A stretch of 64,000 nt of DNA from Phoronis australis (lineage: Eukaryota > Animalia > Phoronida): assembly GCA_002633005.1 (NCBI GenBank), contig NMRA01000048.1:874416-938415 (forward strand). The letters are read 5' to 3'. The notes under the pieces were generated by a model. It was not told where the DNA came from. It worked only from the letters and a program-made list of their open reading frames with translations, and ran no database searches. How positions within the stretch are numbered: the stretch's first letter is position 1; every line of letters begins with the position of its first letter. A program made the position numbers and the translations under genes. Shown piece by piece: positions 25,101 to 38,600 of this stretch.

Positions 25101-28100
25101 CTCAACCCAAATGAAAATAAGGTTTTATTCGAAATAGGATCAGAATTTCTTTATAACATTAAATGTGTGAGTGGATAGAATTGTATACATGTGTATGAAA
25201 ATGAATTGTTTACACTCGTAATCATATATCATTGTAATCTTAACATCAGCTTTTTTGATTTATGTATTCATGTATAATAATTGTTTAAAGACTTCTTTGT
25301 ATCTTTTAACCCAGATCTAATGCCTCTTGGCGGTTTCTGGGTTATGTAAACTATGTTCATTGTATTCTGAAGATTTCGTAATTAACATTAAAAAAGCTAC
25401 TGAAGACCCGATATCTGTGCAATTACTGTTTGCAGCCAAATGTTGTGTCATCCATCCCATGAGTGGCATTTCACTTTTTCACACGAGATTTGGACAATTA
25501 TATAATCAGAACTAAATCGACAATCTAGAGACCTGTTGTTCGATTCCCAGTTGGAGCTCCTTATTTTTCTGTGTTTATTTAATATATTTCCCTATTGGCC
25601 AACATCAGCGTCTATATTCACTATAAATTTAACACAGGAAGTGCACGGTCAAACAGTCGTGGTTAAAACGAATACCTGCGTTTTTAGTTACAGTAACGAT
25701 TACACACCGAGACTTCATTTCAGGTACGTACCCTGACACAATCTCCGACAAGGTGGTATTTTCGTGTTGATCCCCGAGCATTTGGGGTTCAGTATAGCAC
25801 ACGCTAGTACGTGGAAATGGTGATGGCAGGAGTAGCCTCCATAGTGAAAGCTTGCCAAATATGTCAAGTATGCCTCCGTCTCGCGCTAGGGAAGAAAAAG
25901 ACAAATTCGATTAGAATTCTTCAAAAATTCACTAACTTTTCACAAATTTCTAAAACAAGCATTTCGAATTTTTTCCTCAGTCCCCTGGCCTTTTCTCAAT
26001 CTAACCGTAACTGGAGGATTATTTTCTGGCTGCAAATGTTTAGCCAAGGTTATGAAAATCGCGTTCCAAGCTCACCTCAGACGTCTCCATCACACTTGCT
26101 CTTATTTGTACCATGCTATTTGCAATTCGGGGTACATCGTTGCGGTAATAGATCTTTTACCACAGCCTCAGAACACTTACCACTTAGTGGAACCGTTGAA
26201 CCCTCTTCACACAACACTGGCCCCGCCCGTTTTTCAGTGCGCTGTTGCCTTTATTAAGAATTTCGAAATACCCCAATTTAAGACGAAAATGGTTTATATT
26301 TACCTGGCTGTATTGGTTCATGTAATTAGGAAATATGGTAGCGTTCCACCCAGCGCTGAGACAAAACTCGGATGTAATCACTTCACATTCGTCGTGTCGT
26401 GGTTTAGCTATAGGTTTGTAAAGTAAAATATTAGAGAGATGAAACAAGTCTCATCTTTTTTTATGTGACACGAATAACGCCTTCATTCAGCTTGTACTTC
26501 ATTGTAATTGAATAATAATTGTGAAAGTGTTTCAGAAACTGGCGAGGATCATTTACTTAATTTACAAATGAAAACTATAGAAATTCCTTGATCTACGTAA
26601 TGAAGTGACTGCTTTATTTTAAAAACAGAATCCCTAAACGTTTCCAGTGTGGGAATTAATCGTGAACTGTCTATGATGCGTAAACATTTTGAACGGTAGA
26701 ACAAAGTGGTTGTTGCCCCTCCACAAACTCTTCCAAATGACCACTTAGATACGGTGGGGAAATGAAGTAAATAGAGATTTTGTAATAGTTCCGAAGGAAG
26801 GTAAACATTTTTAGGACCTCAGACATTCAAATTTGTCAAAGTCTGGGTCCCATCGTCATCACTTTCGCATTTCTTTCAATTGAGAAGGTCGCGTTACCTG
26901 AGGCAGGAGACGAAGGCGTCATTGTTGGCCGAGCTTCATCCCCGGTGGGCGAGTCGCACCAAGTGGTTACGTTGCTGAGACTGTCACACGGGAACAGTTG
27001 GGCGGTGCTTGGGTGTTTTGATAAAACGTGAGAACAATTTCGGTGGACTTCTGCAAGTTGATAATAACTGATGTTTTAGCGAAAGCCTTTTGGTAGGCAC
27101 ATATGAGAGATGACATATACATGAAATTCAATGATTGTGTTTAGAAGTGGTAGTTGTTGCAGCAATGGTTTGCCTTGGCATGATTTCCAATTTTAATAAC
27201 AACACAAAGCGTTATCATGCGTCCACGTTTGCACGACAAATGACAAGCTACTACGAAGACTCCTAACTTTTGCGAAACTACAGTATCATTATTCTGAGAG
27301 AGAGAGGCGAGCACAAAAAAGATAAAATACAGGAAGAACCGCTAAGAGACATTGCACTAATCCGACACATTCCAAAATGAAAAACGTTGTTTCTTTAGTC
27401 AGAACATATCTCCAAATTTCTTAAAGATATATGACTCTTGGAACTTGACAGCGCGTGAAAACATTTCCGTGACCACCCCTAAGAATTGTTGTTTGGGTGG
27501 AGTGAGAACAAATTCGTGACTTAAGTATTTAAAGTGGTCGTTTTTCTTAAAACATACCCAATCATGCATCAATACATTCCAGCCACGATCCTCTGAACAC
27601 CAGTCCCGAACCAGTGTTGCAACTTCTATACCAGCGCCCTTAAATTCCACACGCGCCCCGAAATTGTTACAGCAGTTTTGGTGTTTGCTGGTTTGGGAGT
27701 GGGGTTTTGGGGACCGTAGCTTGGATGTAGTAGCGCGGGATTAGGATCTGTTATAGGAAAAGTGACTTTAAAGACTCAAGTCAGAAATTAGGTGTTACGC
27801 TTCACACAGCTAATTCTGAAAAAATCCAAGACCCTGAGAATGTAATCATAGCATTAAATGCTAGTTAGTGACGTAATTTCTAATATGTGACATACTATTA
27901 ATTATTCAGTAATTTTTAAAGGATTTTATCATTTTTGTGCGTGCAAGTTTGGGGTTACTGTTGGATGGGATAGACTTTTTGAAATTATTAACTTTGACTA
28001 GAGATATAAATCAACAAAATCCAGTGTCTTTGTGATGTTATTGAAAATAAAAAAGACATTATCGTGTTTGACAAATTCGACAATTTTGGGATTGCTGTTT

Positions 28101-31100
28101 TAATTCTGTAGCTTTGATAGGAGCTATGAAACAATAAAATCCGTTATGATGTATCGACTTCACTACAAGCAGCAAATACTCGCCGTTGTCTGCGAGACAT
28201 TCGATGAAATCTGGGTCGGTGTCTTTACCAGTTAAGCTTAAATACCCTGCCAAAGCTAAGTGGGGTTTATCTTAGCTAAAAGAGTGTTTTGCTGTGACGC
28301 GAGTTTCAGGTTCTTATCCGCGCCGGGGCTGATTTCAGAAGAAAGATTTTTCTCAGCCCTCCGTCAGTCGCGCAAACAGAACACCCACCATCCAGAAAAG
28401 AGGTGGCGACGATATCTCGCGCACGAGTGTATATGTGGGCACAAGAAATGTTTAAGAAGGGTTTGGAAAACTTTTAAGTTAAAACGTGAAATCAAACTGT
28501 TCAACGAATTTTGATTTCTAAAGATATTCACCGCTTTTCAATTCTTTGACAACAGGTATAGTTGCAAGTCAGCCAATGAAGGGTACGGTTCGTTTTTTTA
28601 GGATTACAAGTTGGTTCCTAGCAAATCACCGTCAACTTTACCTTCACATGTGTCTTTACACATAGGCCAAGGATAACCGTTTTCATCACATCGCATGACC
28701 AGCATGGAACACAAAGGTAAGTTGCTTTCGAGACAGTCTGCAAACATGGCGAAGAGCATATCGATCGCGTGTGACTGCATTAAAGACCTCTGGATGTCGG
28801 TGTCTGTGATAGTCGACGAGTGGAAGAGTTGGCACTGAGGTATAAGTACAGGCGAGCAAGAGAAAGACGGGGTCCTGAAATTATTGAAAATTCTCTTCTT
28901 TGTTTTGGAATAGACCGTCTTACATTTATTACCTTATCAGACACTGGCGCGATTTATTCACTACACAACATACCACTACAGATATGGAAGATTTTAGTTG
29001 CGGACGCACAATAACAGTCGGTATAGAACAGGGTGGCAAAAACTGTTTGGACAACATCTCTTTTGGACCACATTCGTAATATGCTTTCAGACGTGACGAA
29101 CATTGGCAGGGAAGTTGCGTTTTTTAGGCTGAAAAGTATCAGTTGTACGAGGGCTTGCCATTTTTTCCTAAAGGAACTTTTCATTTTGTTCATGGAGTTT
29201 TCAACAGAGTGAAAGGAAGGCAGCAAGTCTAGTGATGTGTGCACCATCACGCAAAGCCCAATCAAAACTGTTCAATGACTCCTCGTTTATCGCCAGCTAG
29301 GAATAGGCCAGTAAGTATAGGGACATACTAAAGAAAAACTCGCCTTTGACTCGCGAGACTTTGGGAGACAAAAATGATAACGCTACCACGGTCCTAGTAC
29401 CAGTGAGTAGGAATACGGTGGCAATGGGTAGAATTGTAGGTAAGCAACACGTCATCCCAAGTGCGCTATACGTTCCGGTTATTGTTTCGCCTCCCGTGAT
29501 CTTTCAACATAGAATATACAGGATTCGAAGTGTTAAAAACCTCTGTTTCCACACTTTTAATACATTAGCATACCGTTACGATCCTGAAGTGTTGTTTAGT
29601 CTGATTACACTTTCGAATTAAGCATAACATAAAAATGATATTTGTGCTTTATCAATGATCTGGACCTTGGAGTGATGTAGCACCGAGTGTATAAGAAATA
29701 TAAGCAGTGTCACCACAGTGAGACTAAATTTCTGCAAAGGCAATGGGATGAACCCAAAAATCACAGCCTCTTTTGCAATCCTAAATTTGAAGTTTATAGA
29801 CAGTAACGTGACAAGTGATGTCTTATTTTCACTGCTTGTCAAAGATTGAAAAAATCGTCACAGCTTTATCAATAACGCGAAGTCATTCTACATATGCCCT
29901 ACTAGTTTGGGGAACATTATCCATAATGCCTCGGTTCCGCCATTTTCGCCACATTTGGGTGCTGCGAAGGAATGTCGGTTCGAGGAAGTCGGTGTGCGGA
30001 AAATATTCGATAAAATGAAACGCTAGGCGAGGCCGAACCAGGGATTGAAAATTAGCTAATGCACTTGTTGTTTTAAATTAATGTTTTTAAAATATAAAAA
30101 TGAAAGTGACGTAGTCTTCTCGTAAGGAAGGTTTGTCGAAATGATCGGTAGAAACCAATGGGTTTCCAAGCATGTCGACACTTCGACAAAGCTGTTCCAT
30201 ACACCGGTGTCGTTCGCAAAGTTGTACCATTTTCTGGCGAGCGCCTTCTCCAGATGAAAAGTAAAAAGTGCCACAACGTGGTTGAAACCTGTGTGGCCGC
30301 ATTTGCAACAAAGAGCGTCTCACCAATACTAAATTTCCTAATCCAGAAAGGTGAAAATGTCGAGCAACCTCTCCACAACCACACACAGACAATGGAAAGC
30401 CTGTAGCACGCGGCATTAGTCATTCACAAGTAAGTCAATGACAAGCTAACGGCTTATTAGCTGTCCATGATCTATGCTTCCACGATCTCAGTGAGATCTT
30501 ATTACTTGTTCCCAACTGTCATGTTATACCAGGAAGTGGTGGTTTTAATACTTTTGAATGTAAGCTAAATTTTTTAACTACAGAGATTCACTAACATTTG
30601 ACACGCCAGGCCATTTTTCGAAATTTTTTAATTTAACTAAAGCCTTCGAAGTCTGTTCTTCAAAATGCATCATGTGTAACTTTTCGTTCTGCCAAACTTT
30701 TTCAGTTAAAGGAAAATGCAGGACCTATAGCCTTAAACATGACACTGGAATATGTAATTGACTGTAACTTACGTAGGCGTTGACACAAGCGTCCACGTTC
30801 CAGAGGAGGTCGTCCTTGGTCCAGGCGTGCTTGTTCTTCCTGAAGTCATTGCCGTGAGAACTTTTTGTGGTTGTCCTGGCGACGTGCCTGTTCTTCTTGG
30901 GAGAGATGTAGTTGTTCTTCCTGACGTCGTCGCGGTCCATGGACGAGGTGCAGTTGTTCTTTCTGAGGGAGGTGGGCTTTTTCTGCCTGGCGAAGTGCCA
31001 GTTTGTCTTGGATGAGGTGTAGCTGTCCCTCCTGGGCGAGGTGAGACAGTTCTTCCTGGGCGAGGGGTGTCTGTCCTTCCTGGGCGTAGTGGGCGAGGTG

Positions 31101-32644
31101 GGCGTGTTCTTCCTGGGGGAGGGGTGCCTGTCCTTCCTGGGCGAGGTGGGCGTGTCCTTCCTGGTCGAGGGGTGCCTGTCCTTCCTGGGTGAGGTGGACG
31201 TGTGTTTCCTGTTCCTGGGTCAGGTGTATGGGTTCGTCCAGGGGATGGCTGGCTGGTTCGGTAAGATTGTCGCGTTGTTCCTGGCGTCGTCCATGGTTGA
31301 GCAGTCAGCGTTACGCTGTGTGTTCCTCTCGAAGGAGGCCATGTTTTTCCCGGTGTCGTTCTTGCAGTGGTTGATGGTGAGTTATGGGGCCAATGTGTTT
31401 GAGAAAGAGTTGTTGACATTTTTTCGGATGGGTGTTGCGTTGGTGAAGTCGACATTTTTGTTGGCGGTTTTGTTCTCAGGGGCGACGTCATTGGCATAGC
31501 TGTTGGTTGGTTTTTGTTTGCTCTGGTCGTTTTTGTGTTTGATCGGGGTCCTGGAGCTGGTGTCGTGGAGGATTTGCTGGTCGCGACTTAAACATAAAAA
31601 CAATTTGATGTGAAACATCCGCATGGACTTGTGGGTTATCAGGAAAGCATTACCTGATAATGTCTTCCTGGTGGTATGTAAGCCTATGATATCGGTACCA
31701 TTGAATTAAGGCATTACCAGATAATGTCTTCCTGGTGGTATATAAGCCTATGATATCGGTACCATTGAATTAAGATTATGTGGGACCCTAGAAAAATGTC
31801 TAAATTTGGAGAACTTCGCAACGTCATATCTCAAAAACCGTTGATCGGATTCATACAAAACTTTTAGATATTATGTTTTCTGAAACGCTGTTAGAAAATA
31901 TTCCTCTCTCGCATGAGGGGCTATTAAAAATAGGACTTCCATAATCTTTGCGATAATAAACTAAAAAAACTACCAAATAAAATGGAAGAGAAGCGATATA
32001 TTAAGGAAATGTAACAAATGTTTTTTTGATTTTATCTTGAACTTTTAAATCAAATTTGGTCATGATACTGACACTGCTGTTTTGTTTTCAATGTACTTTT
32101 CCTAAGTTTTATTAAAAAGACATAATTTAATTAATGATGGACTGGTAAAAAGTAAAAAATCAAAATTCTGCAAGCTTTCTACTTTCACCGTATACTGTTA
32201 CGGAGTTAAGGTCTACAGTTTTTTAGACATTTCGCCAAAAACTGTTGTCGATGAAGCCCTAGGTAACCGTAAGACTGATCGCTATTGCCGCGCCCGCCTT
32301 GGTTGCGGACATCAAAAGTTTGTTCTTTCAGAATATGGCAAGTGGTATGTGACGTCATTGGTGCATCTCTTACATGCACTTGATTCAAATATTGATGTCA
32401 CCTCCATTTAGCGCACCTAATAATCAACCTGATTCATTTTCAGTTTATCATTCGCATCAATTAAATTTTGATCTGAATAATTTTATTTTTAATAGATACA
32501 GTATCCACTTTCACTTATAATAGCAAACTCAAATTTTAATTACAGCCTTTCTGTGTTTTTTTATATTTTAATTTTTTTATACATTTATTAACAATGAGCA
32601 CATTTACAATAACACAAAAAGACAAGAACAACACAGACACGCGT

Positions 32645-32698
<54 letters not shown>

Positions 32699-35600
32699 GC
32701 ATACCCCACACCTAATCCTCTTCAGTTGAATACTAAGTAAAACAGTTTCAAAATTACACCATCTTTTTGTAGAAATTCTGAAGGCAAATCCTTACGAGCA
32801 CTGTACTTTTCATTCATATAATATTGTTTGATGAAGTTAAAAAATCTTTTTGATCCGAACTTTTGGGTATAAATAAACTGTTTACCCAATAATGAAACAA
32901 TGTTTTTAAAATTTCCTTTTCATCAAAAAAGCCAAAAATAACATTGTTGCAGGAGAGAGTGTCGACTTGCTTTGTTTAAAATTTCATAATTAACTTTTGT
33001 CCAAAATGAATTTACTATTTCACATTCCCAAAATAAGTGTTTCAAAGTCTCTTTCCAGTGTCCACAAAAGGAATAAGTGTCGTCAAAATTATCGTCAAGA
33101 GTCTGAACTGAAGCCACCTAATTCTTGGGTCTCTTGTTGTGTTCCATAGAAGAGAATAATGTTCTTCCCATGAAACATTATTTGCATTTACATTCAATTC
33201 TTTGGCCCACTTTGACTCCGCTTTTGAGACTTCGGAACTGTAATTTAATTGTGTACAAATATGTCAACATCCTCTCACACCACTTTTCAGTTTCATTAAA
33301 ATCTTTGGGATAACAGGACAATACGCATCGAAACGAACAACTCTATCAATACCACATTTCTGTTGGTACATAGGAATTGTTGCTTGTAATTTTGATATCT
33401 GTAGTAATTATCCTTTTTATATTTATTGTAATTGTAATTGTTAATCTGCCTGCATATAATATTATTGATTTGCGGATGTGAGACATGGACTCTCAATAAA
33501 ACATTGGAAAGAAAGATCGAAGCGTTTGAAATGTGGATATTCAGAAGGATCGGAAGAATAGCCTGGACGCAGGAAATGACAAATGAAGACGTGTGCAAAC
33601 AACTAGGTGTCAAACCATCTCTTTTTGTCCACCATCCGAAGTCGTAAATTGAACTTTTTTGGGCACACAGCAAGACACGACAACATACAGAAAGACATAC
33701 TATACGGTCACGTGGAAGGGAAAAGAGCAAGAGGACGACAACGATTAATGTGAAGGGATGACATCAAGACATGGACAAGATCAACGATGACAGAATGCAC
33801 CAGACTGGCAAACAACAGAGAGGGATGGAGGTCCATTTCCCGTCGACCTCAAAGGAGATGACAACCGATGATGACGATGATGATGATTTGCGGACAGTAA
33901 TTGTATCACTTTTTGTTCCATTTCTTAAGTAGAAATAAACAGTAATCTATCAAAAAATTGGTGCGTGACAAAAAAATTCTATTTCCAAAAACTTTAAAGT
34001 GGTCATTGGTGCACACGAACCCAATATTTCAATTTCTCGAAACATCTATCATACAAGTCTTCTGTTTTACCTATTTTCAACTTTATGCTGTTTTTGTCCA
34101 TCGCAAAGCTGCCGAAAGAGGCCAGCCCTTGGTTGTCTTCGTTGATGCGATCTTGAATCACCTCTTTGACTTTAGCGACATCTAGTTGTGGCTCATTGAA
34201 ATGTATGACGTGTAGAACATCAACGCTACCATTCCTGTTAGTAAATAAGTGAAACAGGTTTAGTTTACTTTACTGAACATCGTTATTTCGATACAATCCA
34301 CAGCCACTCGAGCAATTTACTTAGTCATTATGACAAACGTGTGTAACAGTACAAAAGACAAAACAGATATAAGTAATAAATAGAGTACAAATAAAGATGG
34401 CTCAGATAACACAAGAAACCGTGAATGTTATTTCTACGGTGGTATCAGTTAGAAATAACACAATGAAATATATTAATATATAAAATTACACAGAAAAAAT
34501 ATAACGAAAGACTGAAAAAAAATAGAAGCAATATGAACTGAAGCCGATGGACAAAAATGATTCACTTTTAATCACGATCTCTTTAACCCGAATTACGTTC
34601 AATATGTGTTCTGAGAACGTTTTCCACTTATTTTACCTGAATTCGACAACTTCGGTGCTTTTGTATTTATCACGTAAGCCACTGTCTTTGAATGATTCAT
34701 CCATCTGGAATATGTCAAGTTATGTATATTCAGGTATTATTTTAGTCGCCTTGAGACTATGTCCACCCTACGAAATTATCAAACACAACCCAGTGGCGGA
34801 TCTAGGATATCACAAGGGGGGCCCAACATTTTGTCTGTAAACATATGCTCAAAGCACGATTGTAGATGCGCATAGGGAATTTTTCTGTTTTTTCCTCTAA
34901 AAATCAAACATTTTCCTTGATTCCCAAAGCATTATCTAAGAAAAAAGGCAAAAAAAACCCCGAGAAAGTGTCAAACAGGAAAGACTGCAAGTATCACAGA
35001 CTCGAACTCACGACCCGGCAGATTGAGCGCGCGTGCTTTACCACTGCACCACCACGATTTAACTTCTACTTTGTTACTAAGAGACCTACTTGTTTATGGT
35101 CCACAGCGTTTGCGCGCGAAACCCCCTTCTTTTTGTAATGCTTATTACATGTTTAATATTTTGTGCAATCAGTTCGTAACAAATTTGTTGTATTTAAAAT
35201 AGTCTTCAATTGCCCAAAAGATCAAACCCGATTTGTGTTGGCAAAAATGACGCGATTGCTTTGGAAATCATCTTAAGTTTGACAAAGGCAGAATTATGAG
35301 TTTCTGAGTGATTCACTAAGGCTTCGATTAAAATTTGATATCTTTCCAGCAGCTTCTGTTTTTTCATCATCGCTCATATTCCATTTTCTTTAAAAAATGA
35401 AGTAATTTTCTTCACTGCACAGTGGAGCAGACGACGGAAACGAAGTCGTAGTGCCCAGTGCCACTGCCGGTCGCCTGGGATATCGCGGGAGAGCCTATAC
35501 TTAGCCATAGCTTCGTTACGATTGCGCCGTGTTCCGAATTTGACACTTGGAATTGGATCCGAGCCCCCTCCCCCTCCCCCCCCCCTCAAACACTAAAACT

Positions 35601-38600
35601 GCACACATTTAAATCTTGTTTCAGCCGTATAGTTTTAATTACCGGGGTTAATTAATAAACTCAACATTTCCCTACACTCTTGCTGTTTTATTTTTTGCGG
35701 CACTAAAGGGGGGGGNNNNNNNNNNNNNCCCCCCCCCCCCCCCCTAAATCCGCCTATGCAACCTTGAAAGAGCTTTTAATATTTATTTCTCTTAAACCGA
35801 GTTTTATTTAAGTATTAAACAATTCAAATAGTATTTGTTCGAAAACGCCATTTTGTAGGAATCGCATTAGCCAGCCTCCCGTAACGCTAGGACCTAGCTT
35901 AAAAGCAAGACTTTGCGAGATTACGCGAGATATTGCCGTGTATTTTGAATAAGAGCACGTGGCCTTGACTAGCTTTTGGCTAGGTCCTAGCGTAGGTCCT
36001 AGCGTCTACTGAACGCACGCCAGTATTGCAATGATATCAACTCCATGATCACTTTTAATTCCACTTGTCTTCTTCATCAATGTATCCGAGATCTGGGACC
36101 TATTGTATCTAACACTCTAAGACAACCGGGAATACGATTTTTACTCGCACATGGTTTGTGAAGATGGTTGTTAAGTGTGAATATGAACAACCATCAAATG
36201 CGTAAAACCATACGATCCCATAATGCCTTTCCGTTCCGATAATGCATCACATGCGTCATGAACAATGCATCTCTAAAAAGGCGTTCTCTCCGGGATAACG
36301 TTGTGTTAACTGACCGATAACGCGTCGATTATACGCATTGCAACGCATGCATGTCATGAACAATAAAATTCTATGTTGACTTTCTATCCGACATATCGTT
36401 TCATTATCGGTGCTAAAACGCATTGCCGCATCGCAAGGTTTTACGCATGCATGTGTTTTTAGGTTAATGGAAAACGTAGGGACACATTCACGTGCCTACG
36501 ATAGTCTTTGCTACGACTAGGCGTACGATCTTTAATAAAACCTGCCCCAGAGACGCGTTCAGGAACATACATCTTTGGTAAGTACTCGCAAGGCTCCGCC
36601 GTGTATTATCTGGCTGTCGACGGGCGTGGTTCCTTACTGCACCTGTTTTTCTTTCTTTTTTTGATCGAATTTTGACAGTCATCTTTGGCAGAGTGATCAC
36701 ACATTAGGCAATGTTACTGACAAACTCTGCAATGAGCCTGCATAATCTTAATCTAGCTGGGCTGATGACATAGGTGACACTACTGTGACGCGATTTGGAC
36801 CCACAAATAGGAACAGAAATGCACAGAAACATTATTTTGTCAAAACAGTGTCAGGTCTTGGATATTTTTCCTTCCAGGTGACCACGGAGGCATTCTAGCA
36901 CCTGATACAAAATTATGTGTTTGCATGATTCGGTGTGTGCCGGCAACGGTTGCACCCATTGTATGTTCCTGGGGAAATCATAGGGATTAAGGTTGACCAG
37001 GTCAATATACCGATAATAATTTTAAGTGCTTAGAAATTTAAAGCGGTACGTAAAATCTGGCCTATACAGCAATATTTTGAACCCTTGATTCAGTGTTGAA
37101 ATGAAGTGCTTGAGCACACACCTTCGAAGACATTTTGTGTGGGAATTTACAAAGATGTCTACTATTTACTATATGCAAAGTGGCACTTAGATATATCAAA
37201 TTACAAAACATATCTCAAACCTTTGTTCGCATGCGAACCTATCATAACTTCCAACATAATACCATTTGTAAATACAAAATCTTTGCCGGTCATTAGAGCT
37301 TTCCACTTTCTTTAAGTAACTTATTAATGTTAACATTAGGCGTTGGTATAACAGTCCTTCGTTTAAACGTGTAGTGTTGAAAGTCTGACTTTCCATTATG
37401 TGTACACTCTTGAGCTCCTTCCGTTTGAGTGACCACAAGACTTTATTCAGCAACAAATATTTTTAGAACGTCCGTCAGACTGCGGGTGTTAATAAAAGTG
37501 GACAACGATGTAAGCCTATAAAAATTAACTTCTAGAATTTTTCTTGCCTCAAACAATTGTTCGGAATCATGTGACTGTCATTTTAGGTGGAAAATGTTGT
37601 AATGAGATCAACCTTCAAAATCACTTTTTATAGTCTTTAATTGTGACGGTAGACATTTGCGTAAAGAAAAACTTTCCTCGGTCATAAACCTTAAAATAAG
37701 TGGGCAAATTTTCGTGTGAATCTATCCACGCCCAAAAGAAAATTCGTCGTTTGAAACTGTCAAAAGCGTTGGAAATCGAAAGGCCTGAAAATGGCGCTAC
37801 AAAGTTTTGTTGTAAGTATGTTCAGGGAAGTAATCTCAAACAACTCGCGTATTCGGAGCATGAATAAACATGTGTTTAAGGGTATCAATGAGTAGTGAGG
37901 TGTTTCTTTATATACAATATCTGAATGTTACACAAGGATCATCAGTGTACCTTTACGTGACTACGATGTTTCAAGTTCTTTTCTTTTTATTACAAAACGC
38001 GTTTACTTCGACCGTGACATCGCTAATGTGCACACTGACAAGATAATGATAGGTACTTTACCTCTTTGATAAAACTGGTTTCCAGTTCTTTGTAATCCGA
38101 CGAGGTGGGATCTTTTAGCTGGTGCTTGTACGGGATCAACAGCTTCATCGATCCAGAAATAGCGGTCTCTCTTCTTTGAACGTTTTGTTTACTTTCGCCG
38201 GATTTCAAAGGTCCTGGAGTGCTGCTGGCTGAAAATTTTAATTAAAGTTTTAAGATCTTTCGTACAAATTCTGCTAGTCGAGAAACGCCAACGTTTGAAG
38301 ATCTCTTCAGCATAAAATAGTATAAGAAGAGATGTCGTGCTTGTAAAATAGGTACATCTTTTACAACCAAAGTTTTAAGATATAGATAAAAACCCGTATG
38401 TAGATTCGAACCGCAGTTTTTGTAAAATCTCGAACTCTTTTGTTGGGAATCAAATCGGAAAAGGCGTCATCGTTAGTAAGCAGTCAGAAAGGATTCCCTT
38501 TCGTAGGAAAGCCGACGATGAAAAAGTCATCCTTCTCAGCGCTACGTTTCATATATCTCTCTTATGGGAGTATCGCCCCCGTAAACTTCGGCTTCCGGTC

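Noticed and set aside
27399-27750. [13 protein letters not shown].. and an acceptor-like site at ~27748 suggesting an extra exon
   Set aside because: No recognisable domain; inclusion would interrupt FZ1, whose flanking exons already join in phase.
37196-37456. Minus-strand ORF that might be a LINE ORF2 tail
   Set aside because: No diagnostic motif that I can verify by eye.
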